Assembly: GCA_046597055.1 (NCBI GenBank) | Contig: JBKJLC010000196.1 | Span: forward strand, 1 to 64,000 | Reading direction: 5' to 3' | From: Kofleriaceae bacterium | GTDB taxonomy: Bacteria > Myxococcota_A > Polyangia > Haliangiales > Haliangiaceae | Length of the DNA: 64,000 nt | In this document: positions 56,452-64,000 of the stretch, one piece after another | Layout: every line of letters starts with the position of its first letter | Position numbering within the stretch: the first letter of the stretch is position 1 | Position numbers and translations under genes: made by a program | The notes under the pieces: generated by a model | The model's database searches: none | What the model was told of the DNA's origin: nothing | Seen by the model: only the letters and a program-made list of their open reading frames with translations

Positions 56452-58698
56452 TCAGAACGCGCCGCGCACGCCGAGGGCCGGGACGAACGGCAGGTCCTCG
56501 ATGGGCTGGCGGTTGGTGAAGTCGTAGTTGTACGAGTAGCCGAGCACGCGGGCGTGGGCGTAGACGTTGGTGACGTCGAGGTACGCCGACAGGTTCCACG
56601 ACCTGAACTTCCACCGGCGGTCGACGCGGACGTCGAGCTGGTGGGCGCTCTCCATGCGGGTCGAGTTCACCGCGCCGTACTGCGGGATGTACGCGTTGAG
56701 ATCGGCCAGGTAGATCGAGCCGACCACCGGGGTCTGCGGCTGCCCGGTGGAGTACTGCCACTTGCCGCCGAGCTCCCACGCGCCCAGCCGCCAGCTGGCG
56801 ACCGCGAGCAGGTTGTGGGTCTGGTCGAAGTCGAACAGACGGCGGTCGAGCATCGGCCCGTCGATCCGGTCCGAGCGCGAGAAGGTGTACGAGATCCAGC
56901 CGAAGAACCGGTCGGCCCTGGCCTTGACCAGGTACTCGGCGCCGTACGAGCGGCCGACGCCGCGGTTGACGTACTGATCGATCGGCGAGGTCTCGGCCAG
57001 CAGGGGATCCTGGACCAGCAGCTCCGAGCGGCGGGTGTAGAAGCCCGAGCCCGACGCGGTCAGCACGTCCGACAACCGGACCTCGGCGCCGGCCACGTAC
57101 TGGGTCGCGAGCTCGGGATCGATGTTGGTCGGCACGCTCTCGGCCTGCTCGAAGCCGCGGCTGTAGCGGCCGACCGCAGCGCGCAGCGTGAGGTCGCGGC
57201 CGACCTCCTGGGTCAATTGCAGGCGCGGCGCGAAGGTGGTCGCGCTGATGTGGTCGTAGCGATCGACGCGGCCGCCGAGGCTGACCGTGGTCGAGCTGGT
57301 CGGCCTGAGGTCACCGGCCAGGTACGTGCCCAGGACGTCGTTGTTGTTCTCGAGCATGTACGTGACCAGCGGCGCGCTCGAGAAGTTGCTGGGCGGCGGC
57401 TGCCCCTCCTGCGGCGGCGCCGGGAAGCGCACGTTCAGCTCGCGCGGATTCCAGCGGCCCTCGACGCCGGCCCGCAGCCGGAGCCGCGGATGGAGCTGCC
57501 AGGCCACGTCGTCGCGGACCTCGGCCGTGAACTGGTTCGCACGGACGTAGCGATCGGCGCCGATCTCGACCCGGAAGCCGGTGGTGCCGGTCGAGGCGAC
57601 CAGGCGGTTGGAGAGCTTGCCGACCGTCTTGCTCCACTGCGCGATCGCACGGGTGAACGAGGTCTCGTTGTCGAAGCCGGTGAAGTCGGGCTCGTTGGGA
57701 TCGAGGTTGTCGTTGACCAGCGACAGGAGATCGAAGCTGGTGAACGCGAGCAGCGACAGCCGGTCGCCCTCGCTGCGGCGCCAGTCCACCCGGACCTGGG
57801 CGTCGTAGTACTGCGGCGCGGTCGTGAAGTTGACGGTGTCGGGCACCACCGCCGGCAAGATGAAGTCGATCAGCGACCGACGCGCGGCGGCGGTCAGGGT
57901 CAGACCGTGCTTCAGCGAGAGCGGGGTCTGGATGAACGCGGCGATGTTGATGAACGACAGCTCGGCGAAGCCGGTGGTGTCGGGCGCCGCCTCGGCGCGT
58001 GTGACGACGTTGATGACGCCGCCGGTGGCGCGACCCTCCTCGGCGCCGAAGCCGCCCGGCGAGAACTCGATGTTCTGGATGAACTCCGACGGCAGCACGC
58101 TCTGCAGTCCGAAGAAGTGGTAGAGGACCGGCACCTCGATGCCGTCGATCGTGATCTTGGAATCCTCGGGCGCCGCGCCGCGGATCACGATCAGGCCGGG
58201 TCCGGACCCGCCGCCGCCGCCGAAGGTGTTGGCGACGCCGGGGAGCGACCGCACGGCGGTGAGCGCGTCGCCGCGGGTACCGGGGATGCGCGTGATCACC
58301 TCGCGGCCGAGGTCCTGGCGACCGACGGTGGGCGGCACCGGCGCCTCGTCCTCGACTTCGATGGTCTCGACCGCGGCGCCCGGCCGGTAGACGAGCAGGA
58401 TGTGCTCGGTGAGGCCGCCCGCCGGGACCGCCACATCCTCGAATGAATCCTCATAACCCGGGGCGCGGACGGTGAGCGCGGCCGTGCCCGGCGGCACGTC
58501 GAGCTTGAAGGCACCGGCGCGGTCGGTCTTCACGGTCGTGCCGTCGGGCGCGCTCACCGTGGCGCCGCGCACCGGTGCGAGCGTCAGCCCATCGAGGACG
58601 TTACCAGCCAGCGGATCGGCCCACGCTGGCCCGGCGGCGAGCGCGACCAGCGAAGTCAGCGATGACGCGACCAGAACCACCAAGACGGAGCGCGTCAT
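56452..58698 (-). CDS. TonB-dependent receptor with N-terminal carboxypeptidase-like domain
   Basis: Signal peptide; plug motifs IPGTRGD...LPGV, IRGAAPEDS, IDG, GGVINV; barrel ending LGVRGAF. Confidence 0.92.
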   Translation of the reverse strand: MTRSVLVVLVASSLTSLVALAAGPAWADPLAGNVLDGLTLAPVRGATVSAPDGTTVKTDRAGAFKLDVPPGTAALTVRAPGYEDSFEDVAVPAGGLTEHILLVYRPGAAVETIEVEDEAPVPPTVGRQDLGREVITRIPGTRGDALTAVRSLPGVANTFGGGGGSGPGLIVIRGAAPEDSKITIDGIEVPVLYHFFGLQSVLPSEFIQNIEFSPGGFGAEEGRATGGVINVVTRAEAAPDTTGFAELSFINIAAFIQTPLSLKHGLTLTAAARRSLIDFILPAVVPDTVNFTTAPQYYDAQVRVDWRRSEGDRLSLLAFTSFDLLSLVNDNLDPNEPDFTGFDNETSFTRAIAQWSKTVGKLSNRLVASTGTTGFRVEIGADRYVRANQFTAEVRDDVAWQLHPRLRLRAGVEGRWNPRELNVRFPAPPQEGQPPPSNFSSAPLVTYMLENNNDVLGTYLAGDLRPTSSTTVSLGGRVDRYDHISATTFAPRLQLTQEVGRDLTLRAAVGRYSRGFEQAESVPTNIDPELATQYVAGAEVRLSDVLTASGSGFYTRRSELLVQDPLLAETSPIDQYVNRGVGRSYGAEYLVKARADRFFGWISYTFSRSDRIDGPMLDRRLFDFDQTHNLLAVASWRLGAWELGGKWQYSTGQPQTPVVGSIYLADLNAYIPQYGAVNSTRMESAHQLDVRVDRRWKFRSWNLSAYLDVTNVYAHARVLGYSYNYDFTNRQPIEDLPFVPALGVRGAF

Positions 58699-58806
58699 TT
58701 AGCCCTCAGTGTGGCGAGGCCGCACGATCCGTCAAGCACCGGTCGCTGCGGTATCAGGGCGCATGTGGTTTCGTCACCTGGCCCACGGTTCGCATAGAAG
58801 CTGGTC

Positions 58807-60306
58807 ATGCCCGCCCCGATGATCGGAAACTACATCATCAAGCGGCTGCTCGGTCAGGGCGGCATGGGCGCGGTGTACCTGGCGGAGCACGCGCTGCTGG
58901 GACGGCCGGCCGCGGTGAAGATCCTTCTGCCGACCGTCTCCTCCGAGGAGGAGATCGTCCAGCGGTTCTTCGACGAGGCCCGCGCGACCACGTCCATCAA
59001 CGATCCGGGCATCGTGCAGGTGTTCGACTTCGGCTACCACGTCGATGGCAGCGCCTACATCGTGATGGAGTATCTGGACGGCGAGACGCTCGACATGCGG
59101 CTCGAGCATGAGGGTCCGCTCCAGGCCATCCCGGCCCTCCGCATCGCGCGCCAGGTGGCGATGTCACTGCATGCCGCCCACCTGCGCGGCATCGTGCACC
59201 GCGACCTCAAGCTCGAGAACGTCCTGCTGGTCACCGACCCGGCAGTCCCGGGCGGCGAGCGCGCCAAGATCCTGGACTTCGGCATCGCGAAGCTGTCGCG
59301 CGACGAGGGGCGCCACTCGCGCACCCGCACCGGGTCGATCCTCGGCACGCCGATCTACATGTCCCCCGAGCAGTGCCGCGGCGCCCACGACGTCGACGGC
59401 CGCGCCGACATCTACGCGCTCGGCTGCCTGCTGTTCTGCCTGGTGACCGGCCGCCCGCCGTTCGACTACCCGTCCAACGCCGAGGTCATCGCCGCGCACC
59501 TCAAGGAGGCCGCCCCGCGCGCCTCCAGCCGCGCGCCCGGGCTGGCGCCCGAGGTCGACGAGATCATCGCGAACTGCCTCGCCAAGGACCCCAACCGTCG
59601 CTACCGGTCGATGGCCGAGCTCGCCGCCGACATCACGGAGTTGCTCACGGTCACCGACCGCTCGATCACGTCGCCGCCGGTGGGACGGCCGTCGTCGCGC
59701 CGCCGGCGCCCGACCACGCTCTCGAGCGCGATCCGCTCGCCGCTCCTCAAGAGCACCAGCCCGACCGCTCCCACCGTTCATGGCCCCCGGCGCGGCCGGA
59801 TCGCGATGTTCGGCAGCATGTCTGCCGCGGTCCTGACGCTCCTGGTGGCGGCCGGCGCGACCTGGCGCCGCGACGCGCGGGCGCTGCCGGGCCCGACGAG
59901 CGACAGCGCACAGATGAGCGAGACGGCTCAGGGTGCGCCCATGCCACGCGCAGTGGAGGTCACCGCGGCCCGGACGCCCATGGGCGCAGGGTTCGTCCCG
60001 GTGGGTCTGCCCGTGGCCGACACCCTGAGCGCGGCCACCGCGCTCGACGAGTCGGCGACGCACGACGAGGCGTCCCTGGACGATGTCACCGTCGAGCCTT
60101 CGGCCTCCTCCGAGTCAGCTGAGCGGGTCCAGGTCCGCCTGGTGAAGCGTACTCGGCCGGTCCGCGCGGGCGCCACGTCGTCGCGTCCGGCATCCTCGCA
60201 GGTCGCCGCGCCGCGGGCACGGCGAGTGCTTCCTGATGGACCTCGTGATGTCAGCCCGACCACTGCCCCGGTCCTCCGTGTTCGCGATGTCGACCGCGGC
60301 GACTAA
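58807..60306 (+). CDS. Hanks-type Ser/Thr protein kinase with TM and low-complexity extracytoplasmic tail
   Basis: LGQGGMGAVY, AVK, HRDLKLEN, DFG, GTPIYMSPE, DIYALG; TM IAMFGSMSAAVLTLLVAAG. Confidence 0.95.
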   Translation: MPAPMIGNYIIKRLLGQGGMGAVYLAEHALLGRPAAVKILLPTVSSEEEIVQRFFDEARATTSINDPGIVQVFDFGYHVDGSAYIVMEYLDGETLDMRLEHEGPLQAIPALRIARQVAMSLHAAHLRGIVHRDLKLENVLLVTDPAVPGGERAKILDFGIAKLSRDEGRHSRTRTGSILGTPIYMSPEQCRGAHDVDGRADIYALGCLLFCLVTGRPPFDYPSNAEVIAAHLKEAAPRASSRAPGLAPEVDEIIANCLAKDPNRRYRSMAELAADITELLTVTDRSITSPPVGRPSSRRRRPTTLSSAIRSPLLKSTSPTAPTVHGPRRGRIAMFGSMSAAVLTLLVAAGATWRRDARALPGPTSDSAQMSETAQGAPMPRAVEVTAARTPMGAGFVPVGLPVADTLSAATALDESATHDEASLDDVTVEPSASSESAERVQVRLVKRTRPVRAGATSSRPASSQVAAPRARRVLPDGPRDVSPTTAPVLRVRDVDRGD

Positions 60307-61237
60307 CGTCACGCTCGTCGTCGCCTGCCTCCTCGGCCTCGCCGCACCTGCGTCCGCGCAGAACGCCGAGGCTGAAACGTTGTTTCGCGAGGGCAGCCGC
60401 ATGATGGACACCGGCCGGCTGGTCGAGGCCTGCGCCGCCTTCGAGGCGTCGAACCGGATCGAGCCCCGGGCGGGCACGCTGCTGCGGCTCGGCGACTGCC
60501 ACGAGGCGCGCGGTCAGCTGGCGTCGGCCTGGTCGGCGTACAACGACGCCAAGGCCCGGGCGACCGACCCTCGCAAGAAGAAGCTGGCGACCGGGCGCGT
60601 CAACGCGATCGAGCCGCGGCTGTCGCAGATCACCATCGTGGTCAAAGAGCCCCGTCGCATCGAGGGCCTGGTCATCAGCCGCAACGGGGTCGCGGTGGAT
60701 CCGGCGCTGTGGAATCGCGCGGTCCCGGTCGACGGCGGCAAGAGCCTGATCGAAGGGCGCGCGCCCGGCCACGAGCCGTGGTCGAAGACCGTCGAGGTCC
60801 CGATCGAGAAGGGCACCGTCCGCGTCGAGGTGCCCTCGTTGGTGGTGCGCCCGGTCGCGGAACCCGAGCGCCCGACGGCGGCGCCGCCGCCGCGCGGCCT
60901 CACTGGTCGGCGCAAGGCGGCGATCGGCTTCGCGACGGTCGGCGTGCTGGTCGGCGCCGGCGCCGGCGTGCTCGGATACCAGTCGCAGCAGCTGGTCACC
61001 GACGCGGCGACGATGTGCCCGACCACGACCTGTCCGCGCTCGGCCGAGGCCAACGATCTGATCGAGCGCGCCCGCCAGCGCGCGCTCTTCGCCAACCTCG
61101 GGTATGGCGTCGCCGGCGCCGCGATCGTCGGCGGCGGCGTGCTGTGGCTGACCGGCGCGCGCACCGAGGCTGCGGTGACGCTCAGGCCGATGCTGACCAG
61201 CGGTGGCGCCGGTGTCAGCCTCCGCGGGAGCTTCTGA
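60287..61237 (+). CDS. Exported TPR plus PEGA-like protein with C-terminal membrane segments
   Basis: ASA|QNAEAETLFREG...EACAAFEAS...GTLLRLGDC; VPVDGG...APGHEPW; ends GVSLRGSF; start uncertain (60236, 60248 or 60287). Confidence 0.8.
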   Translation: MSTAATNVTLVVACLLGLAAPASAQNAEAETLFREGSRMMDTGRLVEACAAFEASNRIEPRAGTLLRLGDCHEARGQLASAWSAYNDAKARATDPRKKKLATGRVNAIEPRLSQITIVVKEPRRIEGLVISRNGVAVDPALWNRAVPVDGGKSLIEGRAPGHEPWSKTVEVPIEKGTVRVEVPSLVVRPVAEPERPTAAPPPRGLTGRRKAAIGFATVGVLVGAGAGVLGYQSQQLVTDAATMCPTTTCPRSAEANDLIERARQRALFANLGYGVAGAAIVGGGVLWLTGARTEAAVTLRPMLTSGGAGVSLRGSF

Positions 61238-64000
61238 TGCGGCGCTCCGGCCGGCTCCCGATCATCGTCACCCTGGTCGCGAGCGCGGCGTGCACGGTCG
61301 ATGCGCCGCTGTACCTGCCCGGGGCCGGCGATGGCGACGGCGGGGTCGACGCCAGCGTCGATGCGCCGCCCAACGGCGCGTACGTGCAAGTCAGCCCCGG
61401 CGACATCACCGTCGGCGAAGGCGCCCAGGTGGTCGTGCGGGTCCGGCTGTCGGAGCCGCCGCCGGCCGATGCGACCGTCACGGTGCAGCCGATCGACCCC
61501 GCGCGGCTGACCGCGTCGCCGGCCAGCCTGACCTTCACCCAGAGTAACTGGCACGTCGAGCGGGTGGTGACGCTGCTGTCGACCGCCGACGACGACGCCG
61601 GCGACGACCGGGTCACGGTGGTGTTCGACGGCGCCGGCGTGGTCGCCGACGGCAGCGCGCTGGTCACGGTCACCGACGACGATCTGATGCGCCTGATCGT
61701 GGCGCCCGAGCTCACGCTGGGCGTCGGCGAGGCGCAGCCGGCGGCGGTGCAGGTCCGGTTGTCGGCGCGCCCGGCCGGCCCCGTGACCGTCGCCGCCAGC
61801 GCCACCCCGGGCGGCGCGATGGGCTTCGCGCCCGGGACGCTCACCTTCACGCCCACCAACTGGAGCAACGATCAGGCCCTCACCGTGACCGGTATCGACG
61901 ACGTCGACACCCTCGACGAGGCGGTCCGGCTCACGCTGGATCCCGACCTCGATGGCGTCGCGAGCCACGCGGTCGAGGTCACCGTGATCGACGACGACAT
62001 CCTCAACATCCTGGCCACGCCGGGCAGTCTCGGCGCGCTGACCGAGAACGGCGCGGCGCGCGCGCTCGAGGTGCGCCTGACCCAGCAGCCGGCGGGCACG
62101 GTCACCGTCGCGCTCGGCGCGGCGCCGACCGGCGCGGTGACGCTGTCGCGCACGAGCTTGACCTTCGACGGTGGCAACTGGTCGACGCCGCAGCCGGTCG
62201 CGGTGGCGGCGCCGTCCGACCCCGACGTCGACGACGCCGCGGTGACGATCACGTTGACCTCGGCCGGGCTCACCAGCCGCACGGTGATGGCGGTGGTCGA
62301 GGACGACGACACCCAGGCCATCCTCGCCTCCCCGACGGCGCTGACCGCCATGGCCGAGGGCACCAGCCGCGCGGTCGGTGTGCGGCTCGCGTACCAGCCG
62401 AGCGGTCCCACCGTGGTTCGGGTCAGCAGCCTGGATCCGGCGCGGGTCGGCGTCGACGTCGACCTGCTGACGTTCACGACGGCGACCTATGCGACCGCGC
62501 ATGCCGTCGCGGTCACCGCGCTCCACGATCCCGATCTGGTCGGCGGCACCACCACCGTGCGCCTCCACGTCGACGCCGACGGCGTCACCCGCGACATCCC
62601 GGTCGACTTCACTGACGACGACACCCAGTCGATCGTGGTCGACACCACCACGCTGGCGATCGCCGAGGCGACCACCGCGAGCCTCGCCGTCCACCTCGCG
62701 TTCGAACCGGCGGCGCCGGTCACCGTCGCGGTGACGTCGAGCGATGATCGCGCGATCGGGGTCAGCCCGGCCACGTTGACGTTCACGCCGACCAACTACG
62801 GGACCGCGCAGCCGGTCGCCGTGACCGGACGCGACGACCCCGATGCCAACAACGAGGCGGGCACCGTCACGCTGGAGGCGACCGGCATCGGCCCCCGGCT
62901 GGTCAACGTGACGGTCAACGACGACGACGTCCGGGCGGTGCGGGTCGCGCCGTCGTCGCTGACCCTGGTCGAGGGTGGCAGCGCCGGGGAGCTCTCGGTG
63001 CAGCTCGGCGCCCAGCCCAGCGCGCCGGTGACGGTGTCGGTCACGGTCCACCCGCCCGGCGCGGCGGCGGCGGTGCCGGCCTCGATGACGTTCGACCCCA
63101 CCACCTGGGACACGCCCCAGACGGTCACCGTGCGCGCCAGCCAGGACGCCGACGTCGCCAACGGGACCGCGACGGTGTCGCTGACCGCGCCCGGGCTGGC
63201 GGCGCGCGCGGCGACCGCGACGATCCACGACGACGACGTGCTGACGCCGGTGCTCGACCCGGCGGTGGTGACGGTGGCCGAGGGCCAGACCGCGACCCGC
63301 ACGGTGCGGCTGTCGCACGATCCCGGCGGCACCATCACGGTGGTCGCCGCCGGGGTCGGGCTCGACCTGGCCACCGTCAGCCCGCCGCAGCTGTCGTTCA
63401 CGTCGACGTCGTGGACCCAGCCGCAGCCGATCGCGGTCACCGCTCGCACCGACGACGACGACCTCGGCGGCATCACCACGATGCGCTTCACCGCCGCCGG
63501 CGGCGGCGCCGCCGATCTGACGATCACGGTGACCGACCCGACCCTGATCGTTGGCTTCCGGCCGCCGCATCCGTCGCCGCCGACCGCGTCGCCGGGCGTG
63601 TTGCGGGCGTTCGCGGTGCCCGCGCCGGCAGGCGTGCCGGCGTGTCTCGTGATCGAGAAGATCCTGGTCGCGGTGACCGAGGTGCCGGCGGCCGGGCCGG
63701 CCCAGGTGCGGGTCGGGCTCTACGCCGCCCAGGGCGACCAGCCGCGCGAGCTGGTGCTCGCCGACCCGCCGCGCACGGTGACGGTCGGCACCCACGGCTT
63801 CGCGGTCGGCGCGGCGGTGCGGACCGGGTGGCCGCTGTGGATCGCCATCGAGGCGACCCCCGGCGTGTCGTTCGCGACCGGCGCCAGCCCGGTGGCGCAG
63901 TGCGCACGCATGCACGACTTCAGCACCGGGCTGCCGGCGCGCTTCGATCGGGGCCCCGGGCAGTGCGCGCCGCGGCGGCCCTCGGCCGTGTGGATCGTGG
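61237..64000 (+). CDS. Large surface lipoprotein with seven ~100-aa Calx-beta/Ig-like repeats (runs off the window; absent from the ORF track)
   Basis: TGATG coupling; MRRSGRLPIIVTLVASAAC lipobox; repeats LTFTQSNW, LTFTPTNW, LTFDGGNW, LTFTTATY, LTFTPTNY, MTFDPTTW, LSFTSTSW, most ending in an xDDD motif; no in-frame stop to 64000. Confidence 0.88.
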   Translation, partial: MRRSGRLPIIVTLVASAACTVDAPLYLPGAGDGDGGVDASVDAPPNGAYVQVSPGDITVGEGAQVVVRVRLSEPPPADATVTVQPIDPARLTASPASLTFTQSNWHVERVVTLLSTADDDAGDDRVTVVFDGAGVVADGSALVTVTDDDLMRLIVAPELTLGVGEAQPAAVQVRLSARPAGPVTVAASATPGGAMGFAPGTLTFTPTNWSNDQALTVTGIDDVDTLDEAVRLTLDPDLDGVASHAVEVTVIDDDILNILATPGSLGALTENGAARALEVRLTQQPAGTVTVALGAAPTGAVTLSRTSLTFDGGNWSTPQPVAVAAPSDPDVDDAAVTITLTSAGLTSRTVMAVVEDDDTQAILASPTALTAMAEGTSRAVGVRLAYQPSGPTVVRVSSLDPARVGVDVDLLTFTTATYATAHAVAVTALHDPDLVGGTTTVRLHVDADGVTRDIPVDFTDDDTQSIVVDTTTLAIAEATTASLAVHLAFEPAAPVTVAVTSSDDRAIGVSPATLTFTPTNYGTAQPVAVTGRDDPDANNEAGTVTLEATGIGPRLVNVTVNDDDVRAVRVAPSSLTLVEGGSAGELSVQLGAQPSAPVTVSVTVHPPGAAAAVPASMTFDPTTWDTPQTVTVRASQDADVANGTATVSLTAPGLAARAATATIHDDDVLTPVLDPAVVTVAEGQTATRTVRLSHDPGGTITVVAAGVGLDLATVSPPQLSFTSTSWTQPQPIAVTARTDDDDLGGITTMRFTAAGGGAADLTITVTDPTLIVGFRPPHPSPPTASPGVLRAFAVPAPAGVPACLVIEKILVAVTEVPAAGPAQVRVGLYAAQGDQPRELVLADPPRTVTVGTHGFAVGAAVRTGWPLWIAIEATPGVSFATGASPVAQCARMHDFSTGLPARFDRGPGQCAPRRPSAVWIV

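Overview
A very GC-rich, gene-dense bacterial window. MYXO-CTERM-like tails, a PEGA protein, a Ser/Thr kinase-TPR-lipoprotein module and DUF2330/DUF4388 proteins point to Myxococcota (inference from gene content only). Most ORFs in the supplied track are GC-rich shadow frames; about 45 genes look real. Recognisable blocks: (i) a minus-strand three-gene operon encoding a processive GT2 polysaccharide synthase, a membrane-fusion-like coiled-coil protein and a TolC-like exported protein (1095-5188); (ii) TonB, M16 peptidase, pckA, SMI1/KNR4, esterase, TerB-like, PEGA protein, a GMC oxidoreductase with tandem palindromic operators, M13 peptidase and a TPM/Tim44 pair; (iii) a translationally coupled menaquinone operon that includes a polyprenyl synthase and a class II HMG-CoA reductase and ends in a MenC-MenE fusion, with no menH or menI (24322-34726); (iv) signalling and envelope genes (PilZ-pseudoreceiver-DUF4388, DUF5916, FHA-GGDEF, HtrA, SpoIID-like); (v) four tandem DUF2330 paralogues with hypervariable inserts and surface-sorting tails, followed by a pentaheme cytochrome c/TPR lipoprotein and an HTTM (gamma-carboxylase-like) gene pair (46253-56431); (vi) a TonB-dependent receptor divergent from a kinase-TPR-repeat lipoprotein module that runs off the window. 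I saw no rRNA, tRNA, CRISPR array or transposase. One REP-like cruciform element lies between convergent genes. The best candidates for undescribed systems are the GT2-MFP-TolC-like operon and the DUF2330 array / multiheme / HTTM locus. All family assignments come from motif recognition by eye, not database searches.
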